Source: Phoronis australis (Eukaryota > Animalia > Phoronida). Taken from it: a DNA stretch of 64,000 nucleotides. Shown in pieces: positions 52,014 to 64,000 of this stretch. The notes beneath the pieces were generated by a model, which had not been told where the DNA came from, made no database searches, and saw only the letters and a program-made list of their open reading frames with translations. How positions within the stretch are numbered: the stretch's first letter is position 1; every line of letters begins with the position of its first letter. The stretch is taken from NCBI GenBank assembly GCA_002633005.1, contig NMRA01000298.1, positions 480,255 to 544,254 on the forward strand. The letters run 5' to 3'. Both the position numbers and the translations under genes were made by a program.

Positions 52014-54534
52014 CTAAAACTAGAAAGATTATTGTCACGGCGTGACAATAATGGACTCTGCGCGTGCGTATTAAAGGAATTGTTATGGGAAGTTACTGAC
52101 AGCAACCCGGTTACCAATAGGAATTCTTTAAAATTGTAGGAGAAATTACATGTTAATATTTTGATGACCTTTCCACTAACTGACCTCTTCCGGTGCATTA
52201 TGAACCCCGATGAAGGAATAATTGTAAAACCAATTTAAAGTGTGGTTAATGCGAAGAATCACAGATGTTTTACTTTAAGCACTTAAGAATACAACATGAA
52301 TGAATTGGTCAAACTTTCAGAAGAAAAATGCACCTAATGACCCCATGGGTGCACCAAATGACCCAAAAATTGAAAATTCAAACTCAATCGCATTTAGTAA
52401 AGAGATATGTAATTTTGAAGTCACTACCTCAAAATTTTAATTTTGCACTCAATGACCTTTGACCTATTTTTTCTGATTGGTAGGCCTATTGCGTAGTTAA
52501 GTAGGTTGTTCAATTGGCATGTTGACTTACACTAGTGTGCTGAAATTCAAAAGAATTCATTGAAAAACGTAAGATATCACATTTTGAACGTTAGCTGACC
52601 TTTGCACTAATTGACCTTATCCGGTGCATTTTAAGCATCTTTAGGAGAATTATTGCAAAGCCCATGAAAAATGTGTTTAACGCTGAGAATCACAGTTGTC
52701 TAACGGTTGATACATCAGAATACTTACTGATTGAAAAGGTCAAATTTTCAGAAGAAAAATGCACCTAATGACCCCATGTTTGCACTAAATGACCTGAAAC
52801 TTTGGATTCCGATTTGCTTTACCTGTGGCAATCAGACCTGTCAATTTGAAGTGTCTCGCTCAAAATTCTATTTTGCACCTAAGGACCTTTGACCTTTTTC
52901 ACCTGATTGGATGACCCGATTTCTTAGAAAAGTAATTTTTAAATTGTCATGTTGACTTATACCTGTGCACCGAATTTGAAAAAGATATCTTAAAAACTGA
53001 AGGAGGAGTAGCATTTTGAAAATTATCTGACCTTTGCACTAAACGACCTTTTCCGGTGCAATATGGAATATGATTATATAACCAATCAAAATTTATATAC
53101 TGTCAAAAGTCATATGCTGAATTAAAAGAACGTACCTGCACCCAATTTGGAGTTATTAAGCCTCAATGTTGGTCGGAAGAAGAATAAGAAGAAGAATAAG
53201 AAGAATGAGAAGAACTAGAAAGATTTTTTATTGTCACGGCGTGACAATAACGGACTCTGCGCGTGCGTATTACTGAAATTATTATGGGAAGTTACTGACA
53301 GCAACCCGTTTACCAATGTGAAAAGGAATTCTTTAAAATTGTAGGAGAAATTACATATTAATTTTTGATGACCTTTCCACTAATTGACCTCTTTCGGTGC
53401 ATTATGAGCCCCGATGAGGGAGTAATTGTTAACTCGATTAAAAGCGTGGTTAATGCTAATAATCACTGATGTTTTACTTTAAGCACTTCAGAATACAAGA
53501 TGAATGAAGTGGTCAATCTTTCATAAGAAAAATGCACCTAATGACCCCATGGGTGCACCAAATGACAGGAAAGTTTAGACTTCAAATTCAATCGCGCTTA
53601 GTAAACAGATACGTAATTCTGAAGTTTCTAGCTCAAAATTTTAGTTTGCACTCAATGACCTTTGACCTATTTTTTCTGATTGGTTAGGCCTATTGCAAAG
53701 TAAAGTAGGGTATTTAATTGGCATGTTGACTAACACCAGTGTGCTGAAATTGAAAAGAATTCCTTGAAAAACATACAGTGTAAGAGATATAACATTTTGA
53801 ACATTACATGACCTTTGCACTAATTGACCTTATCCGGTGCATTTTAAGCATCTTTAGGAGAATTATTGCAAAGCCCCTGGAAAATGTGTTTAACGCTGAG
53901 AATCACAGTTGTCTAACCGTTGACACATCAGAATACTTGCTGATTGAAAAGGTCAAATTTTCAGAAGAAAAATGCACCTAATGACCCCATGTTTGCACTA
54001 AATGACCTGAAACTTTGGATTCGGATTTGCTTTACCTGTGGCAATCAGACCTGTCAATTTGAAGTGTCTAGCTCAAAATTTTAGTTTGCGCCTAATGACC
54101 TTTGACCTATTTCACCTGATTGGATGACCTGATTACTTAGAAAAGTAATTTTTTAAATTGTCATGTTGACATATACCTGTGCACCGAATTTGAAAAAGAT
54201 AGCTTTAAAACTGAAGGAGGAGTAGCATTTTAAAAATTATATGACCTTTGAACAAAACGACCCTTTCCGGTGCAATATGGAATATGATTATATAACCAAT
54301 CAAAATATATGTACTGTCAAAAGTCATATGCTGAATTTAAAGACCGTACATGCACCCCATTTGGAGTTATTAAGCCTCAAAGTTGGTCGGAAGAAGAATA
54401 AGAATAAGAAGAATAAGAAGAATAAAATTGAAGAAAACCCAGGAACAACAGTACTCTGTGCTTACACGCGCAGAGTAATAAAATTGAAGAAAACCCAGGA
54501 ACAACAGTACTGTGCGCTTACACGCGCAGAGTAA
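52014..54534 (+). mobile_element. Tandem pair of ~1.2-kb Helentron/HINE-like non-autonomous elements with internal subrepeats
   Basis: Units start at ~52017 and ~53214 (actagaaag, hairpin ttattgtcacg/cgtgacaataa, ggactctgcgcgtg). Each has internal tgacctttgacct subrepeats and ends in an (AAG/AAT)n microsatellite. A duplicated terminal hairpin actctgtgc...cgcgcagagt at ~54450-54534 is inverted to the 5' actctgcgcgtg. Confidence 0.65.
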
Positions 54535-54930
54535 TCACCCATCCCTTTATTAAATAGAAGCGATGCTGTGTATAAGGTTGAATGTGACAACTGTAAGGAA
54601 TTCTATATTTGACTGGCACAGAGACGCTTCTGTAACAGGTTGAAAGAACATAACACATCCGAAAAAGTAACATTTATAGGCAGTGTATTAGCAACAACCA
54701 TCAAGCCAATTCAGTCAGTATTATTTGTGAAGAACATGCTAAGGAATTACTGTATATCAAGGAGTCATTGGCCTTTCAGGATCAGCATGCTACTGATTCT
54801 CTCAATAACATGCAGAGCTCAGTGACCCTGCATCTATGGTAATGACCCGCTTACTTTCTCTGTATGTCTCATGCTCATTTCACCACACGGATGTGACTTG
54901 AAAGAATATCGACACTTGCTGTCCTATGTA
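54535..54930 (+). pseudogene. Penelope-like retroelement 3' remnant (GIY-YIG endonuclease)
   Basis: DAVYKVECDNCKEFYI*LAQRRFCNRLKEH matches the PLE GIY-YIG pattern VYxIxCxxC...YIGxTxRxLxxRxxEH. Confidence 0.7.
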
Positions 54931-56377
54931 CATATCCTGCTGATGTCTTGTTGAATAGCCAATTTCAAAAATTATTAGCCAAATGCTTTCTTTTTTCCCA
55001 ACCCCTACAACTGATAAAAATACAGTTACACGAACTGAAGTAATGTTATTCACAGGTCAGTTACATAATGAATGTACCATAAGAAAAGACATTTGCCTTC
55101 AGAAAAAACAAAAGATCAACATTCCAAGGCCATATAGCAAGTGTTTTTGCTATATGTCTAACTAAAACAAATTGGGCAGGGGTTCCCCCATACGAAAAGG
55201 AGTAGTTGAGTTTCATTTGAGATTGAATTGAGATTCAATTGAAATTCAATAGAAAACTGAATTTCTGTTGAATATATCTATTGAATGAAAATTCAGTTGG
55301 CACTACCCTTCACCTAATTATGCCGTCAATTGAATGGCTATTGAACGGCTATTGAACGGCAATGGAATTTCAGCACTTAAAGAATTTTTAGCTGTTCTGT
55401 ATTGAATAGCTATTGAATTTCGGGAATTAAGGAATTTCTGGATGGTTTGATTTAACAAGTTACCAGCATTGTTGATTTCAAACATGTGTTACCAATGGGT
55501 TATCAAGATTACATTTCTGGAAAGTGACCGTTAAGCTTTTCAAACCCTTTCAAACGGATTTGGTGCAGCATAAACTGTGCATGGATAGTGAAGAACTGCA
55601 TGGATTAATTGGTGAGTTTGTGATTTCAACATCGCATTTATGTCAATTTAAGTGTTATGTAACATTTGGTGTCATTCATGAATAAGTAGCTTTAGTTTTG
55701 AAAACAAAATGGAATTTTTTTCTAACTGATTCAGATGATTAAGGTTAGGGAAGTTAAGGAGTAGAGCACAGATTTCAAAAGGAAGTTGGGTTACAGACCA
55801 AAACCTGCCTGTGCTTATAGTTGCCAAAACATCTGCCAGTTAATTGACTGTCTTTTTACCTAACATAGTTCATTTATTTTAATTACTTGAGACATTGAAA
55901 CAAGTTTTTATGATTCTGTCATTTAAGATGTGGCGTAATGTCAATTGTCATATAGTGTTTGATTTTATTTTATTTCTGTTTCTGTTGACGAAGGACGTTA
56001 TTATATCAGAAAATTTCAGTTGATCCGTTCTTGTTGTTTTATTTAACTACTTATATTCTACATTTCGTGAAACAATAGTATCCTTGGGAGGATCTGGATC
56101 GCCTTATTTAGTTTCAGATTTATTGTCTACGTTATTTACTGCACTAAGTAAGAGATGTATTAGATATTAGCGGTTTGCCATTGCCACCAGTCATCTACCC
56201 GTAGTGTCTCTGCAGTATATTCTGGTAACCATGATGGTTAAATGTACAAATTGCTCCGCTCATAGCTTTAAAAATCAAATTTCAGCTATGAGTTAATGAG
56301 GTGTTTGACATATCAGGGGCGGATAAAATTAAAAAAGGGGGGATTAAGTGGTCGTGCTAATCTCGTTGAAAATTTCA

Positions 56378-56446
56378 TACACACACACACACACACACAC
56401 GCACGCACACAAACACACACACACACGCACGCACACAAACGCACAC
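56378..56446. repeat. (CA)n microsatellite
   Basis: Directly visible. Confidence 0.95.
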
Positions 56447-56752
56447 CCATCAGTTATGCTTAAGTTTATTGTAACATGTCTACTTTTTGTGAAGAAATTG
56501 TTCCTGGAAAAGTCATGGAAATTGAAAACACAATATGGAGCGATAATGAAACACTGGCATGGCTTGGAGATACTTTTTTTCCATGTTTCTGTACGAGGAT
56601 AGCCTCATCTGTGCTCACCACTGCTTTTAGTAATGCCCTGTGTACAATGACAAGTTGTTACCCTGACAAGTTGTAGAGATGAGAAAAAGTATGCGCATAG
56701 TTTTTAAGAAAATGGCTGTAGCCTCAAAATGAAAGTTTGCTTTACTGATCTT

Positions 56753-57066
56753 AGTTGCCGGACCCAAATTTGGCAAACAAGATGGCTGAAATTCAAATTA
56801 AACCGTCTTTATGGAGTTTACACAGTCATTCATGTCATTGAAACAAATCATGATCTTTGAGCTGTGTACTAATGTCCTCAAAGCCATATGTCATTCCACT
56901 CTCACCGATTAAATGTTTCCGCCAGCTTTGCTGTAAGTCCATGCACCCCTTGGGGTTTTTTGTACCTGGGTCAAATACCGTGATTTGTTTCAAAGTATGA
57001 AATATTAAAAATTTGGTATTATTAGAATTGTAGCCGACTTGTTTGCCAAACGTGGGTCCTGCAACT
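56753..57066. mobile_element. ~315-bp MITE, Kolobok-like ends
   Basis: TIRs agttgccggacccaaatttggcaaacaag / cttgtttgccaaacgtgggtcctgcaact; right end followed by TTAA. Confidence 0.7.
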
Positions 57067-57185
57067 TTAAGTTGACGTGCCTGTAGTGAAATACGCAATG
57101 TGGTCAGTCGTTCATTTTGACGGTGTGTGTCTAATGCCTTTCTATGGCATTACCCATCAATGACCCATGACCTATGTGTTCACAG

Positions 57186-57292
57186 ATGATGCTAATGATA
57201 ATGAGCATAGCAGAGCCATGCCCACTGGTCGGGTAGTCGGTATTGTGCAAAGGAACTGGCGTGACTACGTGGCTACGTTTTCTCTTGATGAG

Positions 57293-57332
<40 letters not shown>

Positions 57333-60300
57333 GTGTGTATATGACTGTGCAGTGTAGAATCCCTTGCTTTTATGTCCTTACGTGGTCGCTTTTTATCGTC
57401 ATCCTGTGCTGGTGTTCATTGGGTCTGTCAAAAACCTCTGGTCATATCTTGATCAAGTTTGGCTTAACTGCGTTGGCCATCATTACACTTCAATGTAGTC
57501 TGCCCTGAACCCAGGGCCAGATTGGGTGAGGGTTTTTAGTGTTTTGGGGGGAAGAGCACTTGCCATTTATAACTCCTTCTGAAAGGATGAGTTAAGATTC
57601 AGTGGTCACTGAATATTGTATCTGCACCGTTAAGAACTTGGTTCTCAAAAGTTGAAATTGGAGAAGTCTGTTCTTTTTTGAATCAGTTCATTCCAGGCAG
57701 GCACTAAGAAATTTTTAGGCGCTCATTGTCACCTTATCAGTTCCTAATAATTCAAGAGATGGTCCTTCAGTCAAAGGGGCCTTGGTTTGCACAACTAATG
57801 ATCATAACCTTTGCCTTTGGCGTCATGTATATTGGGGACAGCTGATTTGGAACTTTATGTACTGACGATGATAATGGAAATATATTAATTGTTTGTGTTA
57901 ATGTTCATTACGGAATCTTCATTACAATGAATATACAATGTATACGATAAAGGGAATGCATGCCAATGTCGTTGGTGTGAAAAACATTGCCTTGAATGTA
58001 GCATTCAGTAAATTTGTTCTTTTCTATCATACACTGTTCACTGAAAAACTCTCATTCACTTTCAGCTGCAGCCTAGCCCTGGTCAAAGTCACAAAACCAG
58101 TAAAGTTCTAGTCATACCATATGACCGGCGAATACCCAAGATTAGAATCAACACCAGGCAGAGAGACAGTCTAAAAGACCACAAGTAATAGCGCTTGTTA
58201 TATAGATCCGGCCTTGTTGCTACGAGACAATCTTTCGTGTGTGCTGGGATGCGTTGGAACTTACAGGTGGCGTGTAAAGGTTATGTAGGATTCTAAAAGA
58301 AAGTCCAAATTTGGCCGACTTTGGAACATTATATCTCAGAAATCTCTGAAACTTTCAGATATTACCATGCTTGATGCACGGTTCACCAGTACGCTGTAAG
58401 GGCGATTAAAATTAAGACCCACTTGTTTCATGAAACAAAACCGAAATTACTCAGAAACTTTATTATGTTTCTGCGATTTCATTAAATTTCCGTTTCCGTT
58501 TTCTGCTGGCTTTGAACCAAAGCAATCTCTGGGGTAATTTGGCGTCGTGGAGAGATGAGTTGAATGATGAGATCTTCGTTTTCTACAGGATTGTTGTGAG
58601 GATCGATTCCTGGGATGTCGACTCTCAGTATCCAAATGGACACTTTGTGCGCTCCTTGGGGAAAAGTGGCGAGCTGGAAACAGAAGTGTCAGCCATCTTG
58701 GTTGAATACAACCTTTCCGTGGGGACTTTCTCTGAAGGCATCGTAAGTTCTTACAACATGTTTGTTTTCGATTGATTCAAGCCATACACCGCACATTTAA
58801 TAACCCTGTCTGGAATCCATTTTTATTGTGCGTTAGCGTGGATATTTATCCTGGACATTACACTTTGTCTATGCATCAGGTGTATTTCAATGATGTCATC
58901 CTCAATTACAAGCCTGAATGGTGAATAAATACCTGGTGGCAGGAAAACATAATGGACATGCTGTGATGTTGAATTGAAGACATTCTCGTGCATGTGTTTT
59001 GATCCACTGGAGTTGATGAAACTTGATTATTTTTAGTTTTGCAGAGGTGATTGCTCAGGATGTGGGGTGAATGAATTATTGTTTGTCTTTGGGCGTTATT
59101 TCCCAAGTCTGTTGATAAGTCCCCGCATGCAATTTGGAGAAATTCCTCTACATGCCACTCAAGGTCAAGATACTGGAAATTACAGCCTCACCATGTAATT
59201 ATCTCCGAGGCAAGATTCCCAGTGTGGGGGGATGAAAACATTCATTGCAATTCCATATATCAATTTGCTTTGAAGTGGAACCATTTTAAGGCTGGTTAAT
59301 GTTCTTCAGAGTGGAGTTCAATAATATTTATTGTTTCAGCAGTCACATACACCAGTTCTTTTCTTTCAGTTTATATTTACCTTATACGAATTGGCACTCC
59401 AGGGGGCATTGAAGTTTGCAAATTTTGGTTTATTGCTAATGAATGCACTTTATACTTGGTTAGTTTACGTAATCAATACATCAGCAAATGTATTGTTGTT
59501 TATTTGTTTAGCTGAAGGAGATGCCTGTCAACACAGTAGACAATCCTTGGCATATGTCAAGAGATGAGGTTGCCTCTCGGCTGGACATCCGCGACAGTCA
59601 TCTTGTATTCAGCATTGATCCTAAAGGGTGCGAAGACGTGGATGACACCTTATCTGTCAGGTAAGTAGGTGAATTTTTTTGTATTTCGCACTTATTTCAA
59701 TTCAGAAATGCTTAGTAGTTTAATTTTTGTTCCACCAAAAGATGCAAAGCAAATGTCTTGAATTTGCCTTTCATGTTTGAACTCTTTTTGTTCACTCTTC
59801 TCAGCAGATGTCACCAACAATCACTCATTTTGTTCCCTCGCACATTAGGTTGAGGCATTGTTTAGACAAAGCGCCCTCTGTTGGTGATTTTCGATGAGAG
59901 TCATATCATTGATCTGCTCTTTCAGGATGCTGGACGACGGTCGTCGAGAGCTTGGCGTGCACATTGCAGACGTTTCCCACTTTGTCAGGCCGGGAAGTCT
60001 CACAGACCTTGAGGCGCAGGCAAGGTCAACAACAGTCTACCTTGCCGACAGGCGTTACGACATGTTACCTGAGGTACTCAGTGCTGATCTCTGCTCTCTC
60101 GTCAGCGGCGTGGACAGGTATGGTGTTCCTATCGTCATGATGACTTGAAGTCTGAATGTGTTTGTGGGTTGGCAGTTTTGCAGCGTGTTTATTTCAGATG
60201 TTAGACTTGTCTAATCCCAAATTGCCAATGTGTGTTCAGGTTTAATTCCCGTCCTTCCATCCTTGGCTTTAAATGAGCACATCATGTTTAGTGCAATGTT

Positions 60301-63300
60301 CAATTATAGTGTCTTAATGAGTGAACAGTGGTCCTGCAAATTTGTATTCTTGGCTTGGACTACTGAGCTACACATCTGCCTTGTATTATGACAAAAGTTA
60401 ATGTAACTTCTGAGAAGTTGGCAAGTTCCATGATCCAATTTGTCTGGCTTTATTGAAGGTGTATTGAAAAACTGGAGGGAAATCGGAAGAAAGTGCATTA
60501 CAAATTGCTGGAGATCTAATCCAAAAGTTTTGCTTGGAAATTTGATCTGTTTTCTGTCAGAACGTGTTTGTCAATTTTCTAAATAATCATGTTCTGAATG
60601 TTTTTAATAAAACTCAAATTTAGGAACTTGTACTCTGATTTGGTACCTCATTTCCATATAGATCACTGGTAAGAGGTGAATTTGGGTGTGTGTTCTATGC
60701 CATGCTCTCTGACATTCTGTAACCTTGTTGTAGGTTTGCCGTCTCTGTTATCTGGGAGCTAGACGCGAGTTGTGAAGTTCAGAATGTCTGGTATGGACGC
60801 ACTGTCATCCGCTCTCAGTACAAGCTGTTTTACGAGGTAACGTGTGTCAGACAGGGTAGAAATAATCCCTCGAGGTGTGGTGAAGCCAGTGTAAAACTGT
60901 GTTGTAAATTGAAGAAATTGTTGTTTTGAATTTTAAAGTTTTATTGAGTGCTGCATTGGCAGGACAAAATGACCAACTTAAAGTTAAAACAGGAGTGAAG
61001 TGGCCTGAGGTACAATTGGCTCAACAGTTGAAAATTGCGTTTATGGGGATTATTGTTCACCAGAGCTGCAAAACAATAAAATCCATGTTAACTTTGTTCA
61101 TGTGAATTGATTGCAAATTGCCAATTATCACATGACTGTTGTCAGCCAGTCTTTTGCTGAAACCAGTGACGTAACTGGTCAGATAAGCTCAGAATGTTGT
61201 GCAATTGATGCAGTAAGGTTCAGCTCCCCCAGCAAAGCTTCGGATTGGTACTGCTGAAAACGCGAGTTTGGCAGATCTCAGAAAACCATTCTTTCCTGAC
61301 TGTTAATGTCCCTTACAGTAAAGATTATACTTAATGAGTTTTATTCCGGCCACAGTGTAATAAAGAACAAAACGTGCTTGTCTTATTTCATGACTCCATT
61401 TTAAATTAATTTTGTAAACGTAGCAAAATTAAATCAAAACGTTCAACACTCCGGCTCAAGGTAATAGTCATATTATCAGAACAATGATCAATGTATAACT
61501 TGTATTATGGGTTGTTTGTTGTAGGTGTTATACTGTCTGTGGCAGTGAATAGCTCTGCTTAAACGTGCAATGTAAAACAATCTCATACTGATCATTTGTA
61601 TTACTCGACTGCCATTATAGTATCTCAGCCTTTTACTTAACAACCAGTGGGTGCCACAATATTCACTAGATGGCGCTAATGAATAAGTCTCCCTGTTTTT
61701 TACTTCTCAATTGACTGACAGTAGGAGCATGTTTATCACCATGAGGATATTCATGTTATAAGGGGACTGCATTGTTGTCCGAGTGCAAGCATGTCTTTGG
61801 GAAGGACCCTTGCTGCACTTTCAAGACCTACGGTACAAGTCTAGACAAAAGTAATCCCACAAAATACCATTTTCCTGTTGTGAGGTCTAATTTTGGGAAT
61901 GGTAAAATGACTGGTAATAAGTATTTGTGCGTCAAAACTCTAATTATTACAGAATGACTTACCGACCTTACCTCCTGTCATTTTCCCTTCAGTCTTTGGT
62001 TAGGAGGGAAAATTCATCTGAATTTGGCTTCCACCCAGCTGTCATAATGGAGAGTTCTGGGTCATTTTGTGTAAAAATTGCCTCGTACTGTAGTTTCTCA
62101 GTTACTGGCCTCAATTATATGTATGTCTTTGTTGTTGAATAAGTAAAATTGCAATTTGCTGTTAAGTCGTTGGGAACCCTATGCCTTTTGGTGTAGTTGT
62201 TATCGCAAATAAAAAGTCAAGAGGGTTTGTTGGAAGATGGGTCATTGCTGGGAGGTCTGCGGTGAAAATTTTTTATACACCCGATGTGTTGAGTATTGTA
62301 CTTCCTTCAGTCATTCCTGCCTCCAGCTAATTTCCACCAATTTTGTTCCTCTTTGTATCCATCCTTCATTACCAGACAATCATCTGAGATCTTAACTTTC
62401 AACCTGCAGATGGCCCAGTCAATTCACGACGGTGCTTCTAATGAAGACATAGTTCAGCACGTTCCAGAATTGCAGTCAGTGACGGATGAGCGTATATTAC
62501 ATGAAAGGTGGGTAACCCAACTGTTGTCTGATCTCCATGGGTGGTAAAACAAATGGTGTGCACAACTGTAACTGTAGTTTTCAAACTGTATTGGACAATT
62601 TTGAAATTTTAAAATGTTTCAGCTTCAAAAATGCCAGTTTCCATTAATTTTTTTCTAGAATCTGTTTCGGATCTTTCCGAGTCTCGATAAAATATCGACA
62701 GGATTTGCTCCGTCAAAGTTGTCGAAACCGACACAGCTTACTTCACGCACGCAATACATAAATAATTTAAACAACCAGTGGTTGAGCACAATAACTTCAT
62801 ACTAAACTTTGACATAAATGCTGTTTTGTTGTGAGGAACATTAAACAAAATGGAGTAAGTGGAAAATAATTATCCAAGTTTGGCGGTGTTTTGTCGACGT
62901 CTGTCTACCTTGAAATCTATATTGTACAGCTGTTCAGTAGTTGTTCGCTGTCTGATGGTGGTGTTTGGTTTATTAGAGCCCTGGTAAGCATCTCTTTCTA
63001 GACAAAAACTCTGACCAGCCAATCAAATTCCCTCATTTCAAATTCCTCTATTGCAAAGATAGAAAAATCTTTTATTTAGATTTGTTTTTGAAAGGTAAGA
63101 CAGCTAACACGCTTTGAAGTCGTCTTAGACAAAAGAACAATGCTATACGCATCTCACTTTGACTTTTTACAAAGTGTCTGCTTTACTATTTCATTTGCAA
63201 TGGTTGAAGTTAATTGGTATCAAATTGGCAAGCTAACAGTAAATGTAAGAGTTATTAATATTGCAGCAGTGCACAGTGGGACATCATTCCTTGGCAAATT

Positions 63301-63717
63301 GTGGATGTAGACGCTAAAGTGGGCGTGGCATTCATTGACTCATCAACAATCGAATAATGTTGAACTTTAAGATTAACAAGTGTGTTCATTGGTTCATCTT
63401 TGTCTACAATAATGTAATATCTGGATATGATCTAATCCTTGTCTGGGAAAGATGTACCGTATGGTTTCAAATTAAAGTGGTTATGAAGTGGGGAAAAAAC
63501 GAAGAATATACTTTTATTCATTGTCTATGAGCAGGTGTCGTGCATTGATTGTCGTTACAGGATCTCAATCCTCCGCTCAGCCATTACGTCGCTGATGGAC
63601 ATAGCACGCCACTTGAAGGCAAGAAGGCTGGTAGATGGTGCTCTGGAGCTGGAGGGTTCAGAAGTTCAAGTGAGGTTAGACGACACACGTCAAGTTGAGA
63701 ACCTTATCCCGAAGCAG
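57186..63717 (+). CDS. DIS3L: DIS3-like exonuclease 1 (CSD2 and RNB domain exons); continues beyond the window
   Basis: Exons 57186-57292, 58066-58184, 58589-58742, 59512-59660, 59926-60117, 60734-60836, 62410-62507 and 63561-63717; all GT-AG and phase-consistent. [25 protein letters not shown], catalytic [34 protein letters not shown] and GALELEG fit DIS3L rather than DIS3 or DIS3L2. Confidence 0.93.
57296..57338. repeat. (GT)n microsatellite directly after a DIS3L splice donor
   Basis: Directly visible. Confidence 0.95.
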
Positions 63718-64000
63718 GTGTGTGTTTGTGTGTGCTTCACATGCATACTGTGATGTCTGCCGTTAACGAGCTTCAAATGTTTGAAACAACATCAATGAAG
63801 AATTTCAACGATAATTGGGTAATATTCTGCTTAGGTCAGGGATCTATCGGGGTCAAGTATAATCATTTAAAACACACGACAAAAGTAATCGGATGAAATT
63901 ACCCAGAATTCCCTCTCATAATGGCTGATCACAAGCAGAATTTCCCGCCATGACAGCCAGGTGCAGGCACAATTCACCATCATAATGGCCAGAATGACCC

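Overview
AT-rich eukaryotic genomic DNA with GT-AG introns, most likely from a marine invertebrate. The TE landscape and gene set suggest a lophotrochozoan or mollusc (inference only). Five protein-coding loci can be reconstructed with phase-consistent exons: (1) a PAN/apple + TLDc gene (+, entering from the left edge); (2) a divergent, intronless ceramide-kinase/DAGKc-family ORF (+, 28865-30223); (3) a 5-exon secreted protein of a bacterial-type beta-propeller family, a candidate intronised horizontal transfer (-, 37472-32660); (4) a rolling stone-like membrane protein (-, 47446-41083); (5) DIS3L exoribonuclease exons (+, 57186 to past the right edge), whose PIN/CSD1 exons I could not find upstream. 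The rest is rich in mostly non-autonomous or decayed TEs: Sola3, Kolobok, THAP+DDE_Tnp_4 (PIF/Harbinger/ISL2EU), Academ, Penelope, Crypton-like and Helentron-like elements, MITEs, and a TIR element with a 7-bp TSD nested in a Sola3 copy. Most ORFs in the supplied track are spurious. Family assignments come from motif recognition by eye, not database searches.
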